A stretch of DNA of 64,000 bases from positions 224,043 to 288,042 of the forward strand of contig JBEKQZ010000001.1 in NCBI GenBank assembly GCA_049519175.1. The letters are read 5' to 3'. Within the stretch, counting starts at the first letter, position 1; every line of letters starts with the position of its first letter. The DNA is from Candidatus Levyibacteriota bacterium. Its GTDB lineage: Bacteria > Patescibacteriota > Microgenomatia > Levybacterales > UBA12049. Position numbers and translations under genes: made by a program. The notes beneath the pieces were generated by a model. That model was not told where the DNA came from. It did no database searches and worked only from the letters and a program-made list of their open reading frames with translations. This document shows, piece by piece, positions 17,806 to 28,291 of the stretch.

Positions 17806-19455
17806 ATGAATAAAAAATGGATTTGGATTATTTTAATTGGAATAATAATGCTGGCTGCGGGATTAAGATTGTGGCAGCTCGGCAACGTTCCACCATCGCC
17901 CGATTGGGACGAAGTTGCCCTAGGCTACGATGCCTATTCAATTATTCACACGGGGCGTGATGAATTCGCACAGTTTTTGCCCGTTGTTCTTCGTTCATTT
18001 GACGATTACAAGCCGGCTCTATATGCATATCTTTCCATTCCGACAGTATTAATATTTGGATTAGATGTTTTCGCGGTTAGGCTCCCATCAGCTATTTTTG
18101 GCATCATTTCCGTTTTCGCGGTTTTTTGTCTTGTTCAGGAATTGTTTAAGGAAAATAAATATAAAGATCACCTAGCGCTACTGGCGGCATTTCTTTTAGC
18201 AATTTCTCCATGGTCGCTGCAATTTTCCAGAGTCGGTTTTGAAGCAAATGTCGGGGACACTTTAAATCTTTTGGCCGCTCTGTTTTTCGTTAAAGGCGTA
18301 AATAGTAAGCGGTGGTTTCTATTTATTTCGGCTTTTTTTGCAGGATTAAGCATTTACGTTTATCAAAGCGAAAAAGTTTTTACGCCGTTATTTATACTTT
18401 TATTGGCAATTATTTATTGGAGAAAGCTGTTTGCAATTTCTAAAAAATATTTATTTATTGTTGTAGTCTTCGGATTAATCGTAGTTACACCAATGCTTTC
18501 CTACATAGTCACTAATCGAGCGGCGTTACTAAGAGTCACGGGGACAAGTATCTTTTCTTATCAAACCCAGCTTTTGCAAAACGATATTCAGAAATTACAA
18601 CAGGACACGGTAAATCATGATCAGCTCGGTTTAATTTTAGACAACCGAAGATTTATTTTTGCGTCAACAATAATTTCCGGTTATATTATTCATTTTGATC
18701 CAAACTGGCTTTTTGTAACGGGGGATATCTCAAGACATCATGCGCCAAACATGGGATTAATCTATCTTTTTGAAGTGCCGTTTATCTTATTTGGCATTTA
18801 TACGCTTTTATTCGGTGAGTTTGATAAAAAAACAAAGCTGGTTGTTTTTGGCTGGTTGCTACTGGCTCCTGTTCCGGCGTCTATTACCACCGGCGTTCCT
18901 CATGCAGTAAGAACTTTGAATTTTCTACCGACCTGGCAGATTCTTTCGGCGATCGGGATTTTGTTTGCTTTTATCTTCTTTAACAAATATAAAAAAACAA
19001 AATATATTTTCTATTTGATTTTTATAGTTGTTTTCGTCTTTAATTTCGCCTATTATCTGGACCAGTATTTTGTCCAGCAAAATTATTATAATTCTCAGGA
19101 TTGGCAATACGGTTATCAACAGGCGGTAGCGGAAGTAAAAGCAATCGGAGGAAGTTATCACCAAATTCTTGTTTCCGATACGGCACCGCTGGACAAATCA
19201 TATATGTTTTTTTTGTTCTATCTTCAATATCCGCCGCAAGAATATCAGATAGTAGGTAAAAATAGTTCTGGTGGTTTTACTTCTCATCACTCTTTCGGAA
19301 AATATATATTTCGAACAATTGATTGGAATAAAGATTCTCATTTGAAAAACACTCTGATCATTGGCAACCCTTCAGAAATTCCCAGCGGTGTCGGAGTCAT
19401 AAAAACGATATATGATCTAAATGGTAACCCGGCGATAAAAATAGTTGGAACATGA
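17806..19455 (+). CDS. ArnT/PMT-like membrane glycosyltransferase, paralog
   Basis: PDWDEVALGYDAYSI, AVRLPSAIFG and LAISPWSLQFSRVGFEANVG. The ATG at 17806 begins MNKKWIWIILIG, matching the paralog N-termini. The ORF-track start at 17785 is TTG. Confidence 0.7.
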   Translation: MNKKWIWIILIGIIMLAAGLRLWQLGNVPPSPDWDEVALGYDAYSIIHTGRDEFAQFLPVVLRSFDDYKPALYAYLSIPTVLIFGLDVFAVRLPSAIFGIISVFAVFCLVQELFKENKYKDHLALLAAFLLAISPWSLQFSRVGFEANVGDTLNLLAALFFVKGVNSKRWFLFISAFFAGLSIYVYQSEKVFTPLFILLLAIIYWRKLFAISKKYLFIVVVFGLIVVTPMLSYIVTNRAALLRVTGTSIFSYQTQLLQNDIQKLQQDTVNHDQLGLILDNRRFIFASTIISGYIIHFDPNWLFVTGDISRHHAPNMGLIYLFEVPFILFGIYTLLFGEFDKKTKLVVFGWLLLAPVPASITTGVPHAVRTLNFLPTWQILSAIGILFAFIFFNKYKKTKYIFYLIFIVVFVFNFAYYLDQYFVQQNYYNSQDWQYGYQQAVAEVKAIGGSYHQILVSDTAPLDKSYMFFLFYLQYPPQEYQIVGKNSSGGFTSHHSFGKYIFRTIDWNKDSHLKNTLIIGNPSEIPSGVGVIKTIYDLNGNPAIKIVGT

Positions 19456-20939
19456 AAAGATTTCTTAAGTTTGATTATCTAGCTCTAGTATTAGTAATTC
19501 TTGTGGGTTCATATCTGAGGCTCCAAGCAGTGTCTACTAATTCTTTCGCTTTTACCTATGACGTTGGAAGAGATATGTTGGCACTTTCAAACATAGTGCA
19601 CCTACATAAAATTCCGTTGATTGGAGCTACTACCGGACTGCCGGGGATATTCTACGGTCCCTGGTGGTATTACATATTGACGCCATTTTTTATTATTTTT
19701 TCCGGAGACCCCCGTGGAATTGCCCTGACGATGTCTTTGATTGGAATTTTAACGCTTTTATTAAGCTTTTTTGTCGGTAGAAAGGTTGGAGGAAATTCTT
19801 TAGGCTTAATTTTTGCTTCTTTGATTAGCGTGTCGGGGATTATGATAGCTTTATCATCACAGATTTGGAATCCAAACATAGCACCATTTTTTGTAATTCT
19901 TATTCTCTTGATATTAGATAAGATTTTTGAAAAAAATAAGAAAAGTAAAGCATTTTTTTATTTTCCTTTGGGCATTTTGCTTGTCTTAAGTATTGATGTT
20001 GAAATTATTTATGGGCTTTTATTATCAGCCGGAATAATTCTTTCTTTGTTATTAATTCAACGGAAACTTAATTTGAAATCTCTTCTTCTTTTTGGGTTCG
20101 GAGGTCTAATTATTATTGCTCCAAGAATTATATTTGAGCTTAGGCACCAATTTTTAATGACAAAAGCTTTAATCGCTTTTCTGATGTCGGGTAATTCTTC
20201 ACATAGTGTTTTTACAATATTTTATAATTTTATCGATAGAATCAATATTCTATTTAACCAATTTGCGTCAACTCTTGCCAATGATAATAAACTTCTGGCG
20301 GGACTGGAGATTGTGTTCGTAATCCTCTCAATAGCGGTTTTCTATAAAAAGTCCGATGTAATAATAAAGAATTTTATTAAGATTTCATTAACAGTAATAT
20401 TAACTTTTCTGGTAGGGATAACTTTTTTTAGTCATGACATTTGGCCCCACTATTTGGTTGGACTGCCGGTTTTTTATCTTTTACTTTTTGCAATCGGCGC
20501 TTATTTGTTCGCCAAAAACTTTTCTGCAAAATTAGCAGGTTTGATAATTTTATTAATTTTTCTGATAAACTTAAATCCATATTCTTTGTTTCAAAACTTA
20601 AATAGGCCATTATGGGAGGGCGACGCGTCAGTTTATCGTAATCAAGTCGCAGTTATAGACTACGTTTATAAACAGGCTGCGGGAAAACCTTTTAAATATG
20701 TTGTCTATACCCCCCCGGTCTACGATTATACCTATCAATACCTATTTAGTTGGTACGGCCCCAAAGTTTATCACTATTCTCCCCAAGTTCAAGCAAATTT
20801 GGCATATTTTATTCTAGAACCGGATTTACAATATCCCTCAAGACTTAGAGATTGGTTAAGTCAGCGGGAAGCGGATGGGAGAATAATTAGGTCGCAAGAA
20901 GTAAAAGGAGGAATTACTGTTCAGACTAGGGTTCATTAA
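19452..20939 (+). CDS. Polytopic membrane protein, GT-C-like family A paralog
   Basis: FAFTYDVGRDMLALSNIV..IPLIGA..YGPWWYY. The conserved C-terminal domain is KPFKYVVYTPPVYDYTYQYLFSWYGPKVYHY. Confidence 0.5.
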   Translation: MKRFLKFDYLALVLVILVGSYLRLQAVSTNSFAFTYDVGRDMLALSNIVHLHKIPLIGATTGLPGIFYGPWWYYILTPFFIIFSGDPRGIALTMSLIGILTLLLSFFVGRKVGGNSLGLIFASLISVSGIMIALSSQIWNPNIAPFFVILILLILDKIFEKNKKSKAFFYFPLGILLVLSIDVEIIYGLLLSAGIILSLLLIQRKLNLKSLLLFGFGGLIIIAPRIIFELRHQFLMTKALIAFLMSGNSSHSVFTIFYNFIDRINILFNQFASTLANDNKLLAGLEIVFVILSIAVFYKKSDVIIKNFIKISLTVILTFLVGITFFSHDIWPHYLVGLPVFYLLLFAIGAYLFAKNFSAKLAGLIILLIFLINLNPYSLFQNLNRPLWEGDASVYRNQVAVIDYVYKQAAGKPFKYVVYTPPVYDYTYQYLFSWYGPKVYHYSPQVQANLAYFILEPDLQYPSRLRDWLSQREADGRIIRSQEVKGGITVQTRVH

Positions 20940-20942
20940 TTT

Positions 20943-22490
20943 ATGAAGATAAATTTAAATCCTATTGTAAAAAAAGTAAAGGCGCTGTTAATAAATAAGC
21001 GAGCGAGATGGGCAATATTTTTTTTCCTTTTAGTGTTAATAGTTTTTTTGTCAATATTCCCCAGAGCGGTAGAAGTGCTTAACAATAATCCAATATTCGG
21101 TTTTGATCAAGGAAGAGAAATGCTGGCTGCTAAGAATATAGTCGTTAACCATAAATTAATTTTAATTGGCACGGAAGTGGGAGCAGGTGTTGCTGGAATA
21201 TCGGGAGTATTCCATGGGCCAATTTATTATTATATGTTAACCATTCCTTTTATCCTTTTTAATGGTAATCCGCAAGGTGGAATTTATCTGATGTTTTTGT
21301 TTGGATTAGCGTCAATAGTTTTTGGATATTATTTTGGCAAAAAATTATTTGGGAGATGGGGAGGAATGTTGCTAGCGCTTTTAATTAGTATTTCACCGCT
21401 TTTCATAGCGCAATCAAGGTTTATCTGGAGTCCTAATCCGCCTACGCTATTTATACTTCTTTCGTTATGGTTTACGTATCTGTTAAAAGAAAAGAAAAGT
21501 ATATATATTTTTCTTGCTGCCTTTTTCGCTGCTTTTGTTTACAATTTTGAACTTGGCATTGCTGTTCCACTATCTCTCACTCTTTTAATTTACTGCGTCT
21601 TTCTTCTTAGACGAGATTTAAAGAAACTGTTGTATCTATTTGCAGGGTTTATCCTTGGTTATCTGCCGATGATTCTTTTTGAGGTACGCCATAATTTCTT
21701 AGGCACAAGGGGGATTATTAGTTATATTTTGAGTCATAAAGCAGTTGCTTCTTCGCATCCCGGTTCTTACTATCTGCTTGATCATGTTAAATCATTTATT
21801 AATTATTTCCAAGGTACTTTTCCTACCAATTCTTGGGATTCTCTGATATTAGCATTAATAATAATATTCTCTTTATATTTCTTGATTAAAGAAAAGAATA
21901 TTGCTTTTAAACATTTTTTTAGTTTTCTGCTTTTATTAATTCCGGTAACTTTTTTCGTCTTTTCTCCGTTAAGAAATACTGTTTATGGAATTTACTTACA
22001 GCATTTAGATATCGCTTACTTACTGCTTTTTTGCTACATAATTTATTCGTTTATTAACAAAAAATTAAAATTGCTGTTTATAGCGTCGCTTATATTTATT
22101 ATGGTTATGACCTTATTGGGATTACGAAATGCAATTAAGGTATCGCTTTATGACTATTCAGATTATGGAGGAACGGCAAAAATAAAAGGGAAAATTGATG
22201 CCATAGATTACATCTATAAGGATGCAAAAGGCAAACCATTTGGACTACTGGTATTTGCCCCCGGTGTTTATACATATCCCTATGATTATCTTTTGTGGTG
22301 GTACGGGCAAAGAAAATATCACTACATTCCATATGGTGAGAAAAAAGGCACTTTTTATTTGCTCATCGAGACAGATCCTTATCAGCCCTGGAGCTATAAG
22401 GGATGGTTGGAAACAGTCATAAAGACCGGTAATATAGTTTATACAAAAACTTTACCCAGTGGTTTCATTGTGCAAAAAAGAGTTAATTGA
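20943..22490 (+). CDS. Polytopic membrane protein, GT-C-like family A paralog
   Basis: FGFDQGREMLAAKNIV..LILIGT..HGPIYYY. C-term is KPFGLLVFAPGVYTYPYDYLLWWYGQRKYHY. Confidence 0.5.
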   Translation: MKINLNPIVKKVKALLINKRARWAIFFFLLVLIVFLSIFPRAVEVLNNNPIFGFDQGREMLAAKNIVVNHKLILIGTEVGAGVAGISGVFHGPIYYYMLTIPFILFNGNPQGGIYLMFLFGLASIVFGYYFGKKLFGRWGGMLLALLISISPLFIAQSRFIWSPNPPTLFILLSLWFTYLLKEKKSIYIFLAAFFAAFVYNFELGIAVPLSLTLLIYCVFLLRRDLKKLLYLFAGFILGYLPMILFEVRHNFLGTRGIISYILSHKAVASSHPGSYYLLDHVKSFINYFQGTFPTNSWDSLILALIIIFSLYFLIKEKNIAFKHFFSFLLLLIPVTFFVFSPLRNTVYGIYLQHLDIAYLLLFCYIIYSFINKKLKLLFIASLIFIMVMTLLGLRNAIKVSLYDYSDYGGTAKIKGKIDAIDYIYKDAKGKPFGLLVFAPGVYTYPYDYLLWWYGQRKYHYIPYGEKKGTFYLLIETDPYQPWSYKGWLETVIKTGNIVYTKTLPSGFIVQKRVN

Positions 22491-22492
22491 CT

Positions 22493-23788
22493 ATGGAAAC
22501 AATTAAAAAACTTTGGAAATTTTTGCTTAAAAATAAATACTTTATTGTTATAACAATAATATTCCTATTTGAAGTATTTCTCCGATTTTATCAGATGGAC
22601 GTCAAGAGCCCTTTCGGTTATGACCAGGTTGATAATGCCTGGGCCGCAAAAAACATCATCGTCAATCATTGGTTTCCTTTGGTGGGGATGGTGGCGAAGG
22701 GCAACAGCAATATCTATATTGGTCCAGCCTATTATTACATGATAGCCGTTGTTTATTGGATTTTTAACCTAAATCCAATTGCTTCGGCTGTTTTTGCGGG
22801 ACTGACGAGCATTTTCACTTTTTGGGTAATATTTTATGTTGCTAATAAATTATTTTCCAAAGAAGTGGCTCTATTCGCGGTTTTTATCAACACCTTTTTT
22901 CTTCCGGCCATATTCTTTGATAGAGTGCAATGGCCGGTTAACCTAATACCACCAATCTCATTATTAATATTTTACGTTTTGTATAAAATAACTTTGGGGG
23001 AAGTGAAAAAGATTATTATTCTAGCGCTTTTAGTTGGTTTCTCTTTTAGCGTGCATTTCACTTCAATTTTTTATCCGATTATTATTATTTTAGCTCTGCC
23101 ATTTTTCCCCAAGACCAAAGAAACTTTAAAATATGTACTTTTATCTTTGCCCTTATTTTTAATTTGGTTAGTTCCCAATATTATTTATCAAATCCAGCAG
23201 AAATCTGCCGGGTCAAATATCACGTCTTATTTACAAACCTATTATCATGGTTTTCATTTGACGAGGGTTAAACAACTGACGGGAGATGCACTTATTCAAT
23301 TTAACGCTTATTCATTCCTGGACAGACTTACTCCGTTAAAGTTTATTGCTCTTCCCGTCTTTTTTCTGGCATTTCTTTATAAATCAGTCAAAAGAGAAAA
23401 ACTTATTCTTTGCTATCTTGTTCTACTCTGGTTTATTGTCCCCTGGTTTATTTTTGCTATGTATAGTGGGGAAATCAGCGATTATTATTTTTCGATTAGT
23501 AGGTTTATCGCGCTTTTGATTGTCGCATATTTTTTTGCCAGAGTCTGGGCGGTAAAAAATATAATTCCGAAAGTCGCGGTTTTAATAGTGCTCGCTTATA
23601 TAGGGATAACAAATCTTCTTTATGATATTCCTTATCAAGATAACGGCTTAAAAGACAAGGAGAAGAATGTTCTAAGGGTAGTCAATCAGGGTGGGTGGAT
23701 AGATTTCAAAGTAGGTGCTCCGGGATCTTATTTATACTATTATTATATGAGGCAGAAAGGAATAGACCCATATGCAGCTAAAAAATAA
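22493..23788 (+). CDS. Polytopic membrane protein, GT-C-like family A paralog (shorter)
   Basis: FGYDQVDNAWAAKNIIVNHWFPLVG..IGPAYYYM. ATG at 22493. The ORF-track start at 22487 is TTG. Confidence 0.45.
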   Translation: METIKKLWKFLLKNKYFIVITIIFLFEVFLRFYQMDVKSPFGYDQVDNAWAAKNIIVNHWFPLVGMVAKGNSNIYIGPAYYYMIAVVYWIFNLNPIASAVFAGLTSIFTFWVIFYVANKLFSKEVALFAVFINTFFLPAIFFDRVQWPVNLIPPISLLIFYVLYKITLGEVKKIIILALLVGFSFSVHFTSIFYPIIIILALPFFPKTKETLKYVLLSLPLFLIWLVPNIIYQIQQKSAGSNITSYLQTYYHGFHLTRVKQLTGDALIQFNAYSFLDRLTPLKFIALPVFFLAFLYKSVKREKLILCYLVLLWFIVPWFIFAMYSGEISDYYFSISRFIALLIVAYFFARVWAVKNIIPKVAVLIVLAYIGITNLLYDIPYQDNGLKDKEKNVLRVVNQGGWIDFKVGAPGSYLYYYYMRQKGIDPYAAKK

Positions 23789-25412
23789 ATTAATAATTGC
23801 CATTTTAGTTGTGCTTTCAATTATCTCGGTGTTGTCCCTTGTCCATACGGGACTGCCTATCACCCACGATGGGCAAGATCATGTTGCAAGAATCGCCAAC
23901 TTCTACCAAAACCTTGTCGAAGGCAACTTAATTCCGAGATGGGCTGCGAATCTCAATTGGGGATACGGACATCCGATTTTGGAATTTTTATATCCCTTGC
24001 CTTCTTATTTTGCTTCTTTTTTTCATCTGATCGGTTTCTCTCTGGTTGATTCGTCAAAAATTGTCTATGGTCTGGGAATGATTTTATCTTTATTCTTCAT
24101 GTTTTTATGGCTCAAGCAATTTTTGGGTAAAGAGCCGGCACTGCTTGGTGCATTTTTGTATACCTATGCTCCTTATAGATTCGTCGACCTTTATGTCAGA
24201 GGGGATATCGGTGAGAATTTGGCTTTTGCATTCGTGCCTTTGGTTTTATATTTTATTTTTAAACTTTACAAAGAACCCAACCTAAAATACTCGTTGTTAG
24301 GCGCTTTGTCTTTGGCTCTTTTGGTAATGGCTCACAATGCGATAGCTCTTATTACAATCCCTTTTATATTCCTTTATGGAATTTATTTAATCTATATTTC
24401 GAAAAATCGTAAATCATTATTCGTTAATCTTTCAGCGTTAATTATATTCGGTTTTGCTCTGTCGGCTTTCTTTTGGGTACCTGCATTACTTGAAGGGAAA
24501 TTTACTTTAAGAGATATTGTTACAAAAGGCGGATATGTCAGTCGCTTCGTTAATTTTAAGGCTTTAATCTATGGGCCGTGGAGTTATGGTGGAAGCGGCG
24601 TATTTACGCAGCAACTGGGAATAATACAGTGGTTAGCCTTGCTTATTTCACCTGTTTTAGCTTTTGTTTTTTGGTTGAAAAAAGATAAAAATTATCTACT
24701 TGTTCTAACCTGTCTTCTGTACACTTTGTTGGCAATATTTTTAATGCTTCCTCTCTCAAATTTTCTTTGGGCAAGAATAATGCTTTTACAAAACTTCCAA
24801 TTTCCCTGGCGTTTTTTAGCAATTACCGTTTTCGCAACAGCGGTATTGGCTGCTTTACTAATTCATGCAATTCCTAAAAAATTACAGTTAATTGTTGTGC
24901 TGATTTTAATTGCATTGGTTTTGTTTGTAAGCAAGGATTACGTAAAAGCAAAAGGCTATTTGTATAAGCCGGTCAGTTTCTATACCGGAATATACTCCGG
25001 AACGACGGATACCGGTGAGAGCAGTCCGATATGGTCCGTGCGGTTTATGGAGCATTTTCCAAAAGCGCATTTAGAAGTTTTGGACGGGAAAGCAACCGTC
25101 AAAGAAATAAAAAGAACATCTATGGAACATCAATATACAGTAACCGTTGCGAAAAGGACTTTATTTGAAGAAAACACGCTCTATTTTCCGGGATGGGAAA
25201 TAAAGGCAAATAATGCCCCCGTTAATGTTCAGTTTCAGGATATGCAATATAGAGGAACCATGTTATTTTTTCTGGAGAAAGGAAATTATACTGTCGAAGC
25301 CAAGTATTCCGAAACTAAATTAAGGTTAATCTGTGATCTGATTTCTTTAGTTAGCTTAATTACTTTGGGTGGTTTATTTATCTTCGGGTTTGTAAAGCGG
25401 AGATTTTCCTAG
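23772..25412 (+). CDS. Polytopic membrane protein with YfhO-like C-terminal domain (distant YfhO/PTPS-related-like)
   Basis: The N-term has LPITHDGQDHVARI..W..NWGYGHPILEFLYPL. The C-term (YFPGWEIKANNAPVNVQFQDMQYRG..GNYTVEAKY, then a final TM helix) resembles the YfhO paralog C-termini in this window. Confidence 0.45.
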   Translation: MQLKNKLIIAILVVLSIISVLSLVHTGLPITHDGQDHVARIANFYQNLVEGNLIPRWAANLNWGYGHPILEFLYPLPSYFASFFHLIGFSLVDSSKIVYGLGMILSLFFMFLWLKQFLGKEPALLGAFLYTYAPYRFVDLYVRGDIGENLAFAFVPLVLYFIFKLYKEPNLKYSLLGALSLALLVMAHNAIALITIPFIFLYGIYLIYISKNRKSLFVNLSALIIFGFALSAFFWVPALLEGKFTLRDIVTKGGYVSRFVNFKALIYGPWSYGGSGVFTQQLGIIQWLALLISPVLAFVFWLKKDKNYLLVLTCLLYTLLAIFLMLPLSNFLWARIMLLQNFQFPWRFLAITVFATAVLAALLIHAIPKKLQLIVVLILIALVLFVSKDYVKAKGYLYKPVSFYTGIYSGTTDTGESSPIWSVRFMEHFPKAHLEVLDGKATVKEIKRTSMEHQYTVTVAKRTLFEENTLYFPGWEIKANNAPVNVQFQDMQYRGTMLFFLEKGNYTVEAKYSETKLRLICDLISLVSLITLGGLFIFGFVKRRFS

Positions 25413-25425
25413 TATCATATTTGTT

Positions 25426-26289
25426 ATGAAGCAAACTCTTTCCATAGCTCTCGCCACTTTTAATGAAGAGAAAAATTTAGCTGCGTGTTTGGATAGCGTT
25501 AAAGGGCTAGCGGATGAAATAGTAATTGTTGACGGGACATCCTCTGACAACACGGTCAAAATCGCAAAAAGTTACGGTGCAAAAGTTTTAGTTAAAGATA
25601 ATCCGCAAATGTTCCACATTAATAAACAAAAAGCGATTGATATGACAACAGGCGATTGGGTTTTGCAATTGGACGCAGATGAGAGGGTAAGTCCTCAATT
25701 GGCAGCGGAAATAAGAAAGGTTATAGAGATGAGCGAGAAAGAACTAGTAGAATATCAAAAGCAAATTCCAAACGCTAAATTATTCGAACGGCACCAAAAA
25801 TTAATCAGCGAAAGAGATGGAGAAGTGGAAGTACAAGATAAACCATACGCGGCTTTTTTTATTCCCCGGGCAAATTTTTTCTTGGGCAGATTTTTAAAAT
25901 CGGGAGGAGTTTATCCCGACGGAGTAATCAGGCTATTTAAAAAAGGGAAAGCGTATTTGCCTTGTAAAGACGTGCATGAACAATTTGTCATTGACGGTAA
26001 AGTCGGTTGGATGCAAAATGATCTTTTGCATTACGACTCGCCAACTTTTAAAAAATATATCACCCGAAATAATCGGTATACCGCGTTTATTGCCACCCAA
26101 TATAAAGAGCAAAAACTTTCAAAAAATCCAATCAATTTCGCAAAATACGTATTTGTCTTGCCCGTTCATTGGTTTTTATTAACTTTTATTAGGCATAAGG
26201 GTTTTAAAGATTCCTGGCAGGGTTTTGTGTTTTCGTTTTTCTCCGCGCTGCGATTTCCGGTTTCGTATATAATATATTTAACATTATGA
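25426..26289 (+). CDS. GT2 family glycosyltransferase (paralog of 2202/4038)
   Basis: SIALATFNEEKNLAACLDSVKGLADEIVIVDGTSSDNT..LQLDADE. Confidence 0.8.
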   Translation: MKQTLSIALATFNEEKNLAACLDSVKGLADEIVIVDGTSSDNTVKIAKSYGAKVLVKDNPQMFHINKQKAIDMTTGDWVLQLDADERVSPQLAAEIRKVIEMSEKELVEYQKQIPNAKLFERHQKLISERDGEVEVQDKPYAAFFIPRANFFLGRFLKSGGVYPDGVIRLFKKGKAYLPCKDVHEQFVIDGKVGWMQNDLLHYDSPTFKKYITRNNRYTAFIATQYKEQKLSKNPINFAKYVFVLPVHWFLLTFIRHKGFKDSWQGFVFSFFSALRFPVSYIIYLTL

Positions 26290-27248
26290 AAATTTTAGTG
26301 ACCGGTGGAGCAGGATATATCGGAAGCTTCATGGTAAAGCGCCTTGTTGAAGAAGGTCATGCCGTTACAGTTGCGGACAGCTTGGAAAGAGGACACAAAG
26401 AAGTTGTCGATCCAAAAGCCAAATTATTTCTCGGTAATCTTCTCAACAAAGCATTTGTAGAAGAATTATTCAAAGATAAATTTGATGCCGTTATTCACTT
26501 TGCCGGTTTTATTTCGATGGGTGAGTCGATGGAAAATCCTTATCTCTATTTTCAAAATAATGTTTTTACTTCGCTTAACCTCCTAGAGGAAATGGTCAAA
26601 ACAGGTAATAATAATTTTATCTTTTCATCCTCCGCCGGCGTTTATGGAAATCCGGAACAAGTTCCAATTCCGGAAACAAGCAAAACCTTGCCGACTAATC
26701 CATATGGCGAAAGCAAGTTAATGATAGAAAAAATTATGAGTTGGTATGGAAAAACCAAACAGATTTCAACCGTTGCTTTAAGGTATTTTAATGCGGCCGG
26801 TGCTTCCCTAAACGGCGCAATGGGAGAGAATCATACTCCCGAAAGTCACATTATCCCAAAAGTAATAAAAGCTTTAATGGAAAATAAAGAATTTAATCTT
26901 TTTGGCACAGATTATCAGACTAAAGACGGAACTTGCGTCAGAGATTATATCCATGTTCTGGATTTGATTGAAACGCATATCCTCGCCATCCAAAAATTAC
27001 AGACAAACCCCGGTAATTATATTTATAACGTCGGAACCGGGGTCGGATTTTCCAATCGGGAAATTATTAATATGGTAGAGAAAATTTCCAGTCAAAAAGT
27101 TAATGTTGTTAATTCTCCAAGACGACCTGGCGACGCGGATGAGCTAGTTGCTGATCCGACAAAAATAAAATCTGAATTAGGTTTTGCTCCAAAGTATTCC
27201 GACCTTGAGACAATTGTTAAAACTGCATGGCAATGGCACAACAAATGA
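26286..27248 (+). CDS. galE: UDP-glucose 4-epimerase
   Basis: MKILVTGGAGYIGSF (Rossmann motif). YGESK (catalytic YxxxK). DGTCVRDYIHVLDL. 320 aa. Typical GalE. Confidence 0.8.
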   Translation: MKILVTGGAGYIGSFMVKRLVEEGHAVTVADSLERGHKEVVDPKAKLFLGNLLNKAFVEELFKDKFDAVIHFAGFISMGESMENPYLYFQNNVFTSLNLLEEMVKTGNNNFIFSSSAGVYGNPEQVPIPETSKTLPTNPYGESKLMIEKIMSWYGKTKQISTVALRYFNAAGASLNGAMGENHTPESHIIPKVIKALMENKEFNLFGTDYQTKDGTCVRDYIHVLDLIETHILAIQKLQTNPGNYIYNVGTGVGFSNREIINMVEKISSQKVNVVNSPRRPGDADELVADPTKIKSELGFAPKYSDLETIVKTAWQWHNK

Positions 27249-28291
27249 AAATAGCAATTGATGTTTCGCCACTTGAAACCGGACATAAAGTAAGGGGAGT
27301 GGGTTTTTACCTCGTAAATCTTAAAGACGCTCTGTTAAAGTATTTTCCGGAAAATAATTATGTTTTTTTTCAAAGGGGTGAAAAGCTATCAAAAGACGTT
27401 GAAGCAATTCACTTTCCCTACTTTGAGCCTTTCTTCTTAGCGTTGCCAATTTATAATAAATTCAAAACCATCGTGACCGTTCATGACTTAACTCCGATAG
27501 TCTTTCCGCAGGCTTTTCCAAGAGGCATAAGGGGGGAAATTAAATGGCAAATGCAAAGATTTGCTTTAAAACGGGCAGATGTCATTTTAACGGATTCAGA
27601 GTCTTCAAAGAAAGACATCCAAAATTACGTCGGAGCTAGAGAAAATAAAATACACGTAGTCTATCTGGCGGCAGGAGAACAGTATATACAACTGGAAACT
27701 AAAAATTTTAAATCAGAAATTCAGAAACGATACGGTCTACCCGACCGGTTCGTATTATATGTTGGAGATGTTACCTGGAATAAAAACTTGCCAAGACTAA
27801 TCGATGCCGTCAAGTCAATAAATATTCCTTTGGTAATGATAGGTAAAAGTTTAGTTTCCGATACTTACGATAAAGATAACCCATGGAACGCCGATTTAAA
27901 CAGAGTTAATGAATTAACCAAAGGAAACAGCAATATTATGAAGCTGGGTTTTGTCTCGGCTGAGGAATTGGTGCAGATTTATAACCTGGCGACCGTTTTT
28001 GTGATGCCCTCTTTATATGAGGGTTTTGGCTTACCGATTCTTGAAGCAATGGCTTGCGGTTGTCCGGTAATTACCAGCAAGGAAGGTTCCATTCCTGAAG
28101 TTGCAGACGAAGCAGTTTTTTACGTCGATGCTTATGATGTCGAGAGTATTGCTGCGGGAATCAAGAAAGTATTTACTGATAAAAAACTACAGGGAGAGCT
28201 GAAAGAGAAGGGCTTAAAAAATGTGCAAAGATTTAGTTGGAGAAAAGCCGCACAGGAGACTACAGATGTTTATAAAGGAATTATTAGATGA
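27245..28291 (+). CDS. GT4 family glycosyltransferase
   Basis: EGFGLPILEAMACGCPVITSKEGSIPEV. The ATG at 27245 (MKIAIDVSPL) overlaps the upstream TGA. The ORF track starts at 27227. Confidence 0.8.
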   Translation: MKIAIDVSPLETGHKVRGVGFYLVNLKDALLKYFPENNYVFFQRGEKLSKDVEAIHFPYFEPFFLALPIYNKFKTIVTVHDLTPIVFPQAFPRGIRGEIKWQMQRFALKRADVILTDSESSKKDIQNYVGARENKIHVVYLAAGEQYIQLETKNFKSEIQKRYGLPDRFVLYVGDVTWNKNLPRLIDAVKSINIPLVMIGKSLVSDTYDKDNPWNADLNRVNELTKGNSNIMKLGFVSAEELVQIYNLATVFVMPSLYEGFGLPILEAMACGCPVITSKEGSIPEVADEAVFYVDAYDVESIAAGIKKVFTDKKLQGELKEKGLKNVQRFSWRKAAQETTDVYKGIIR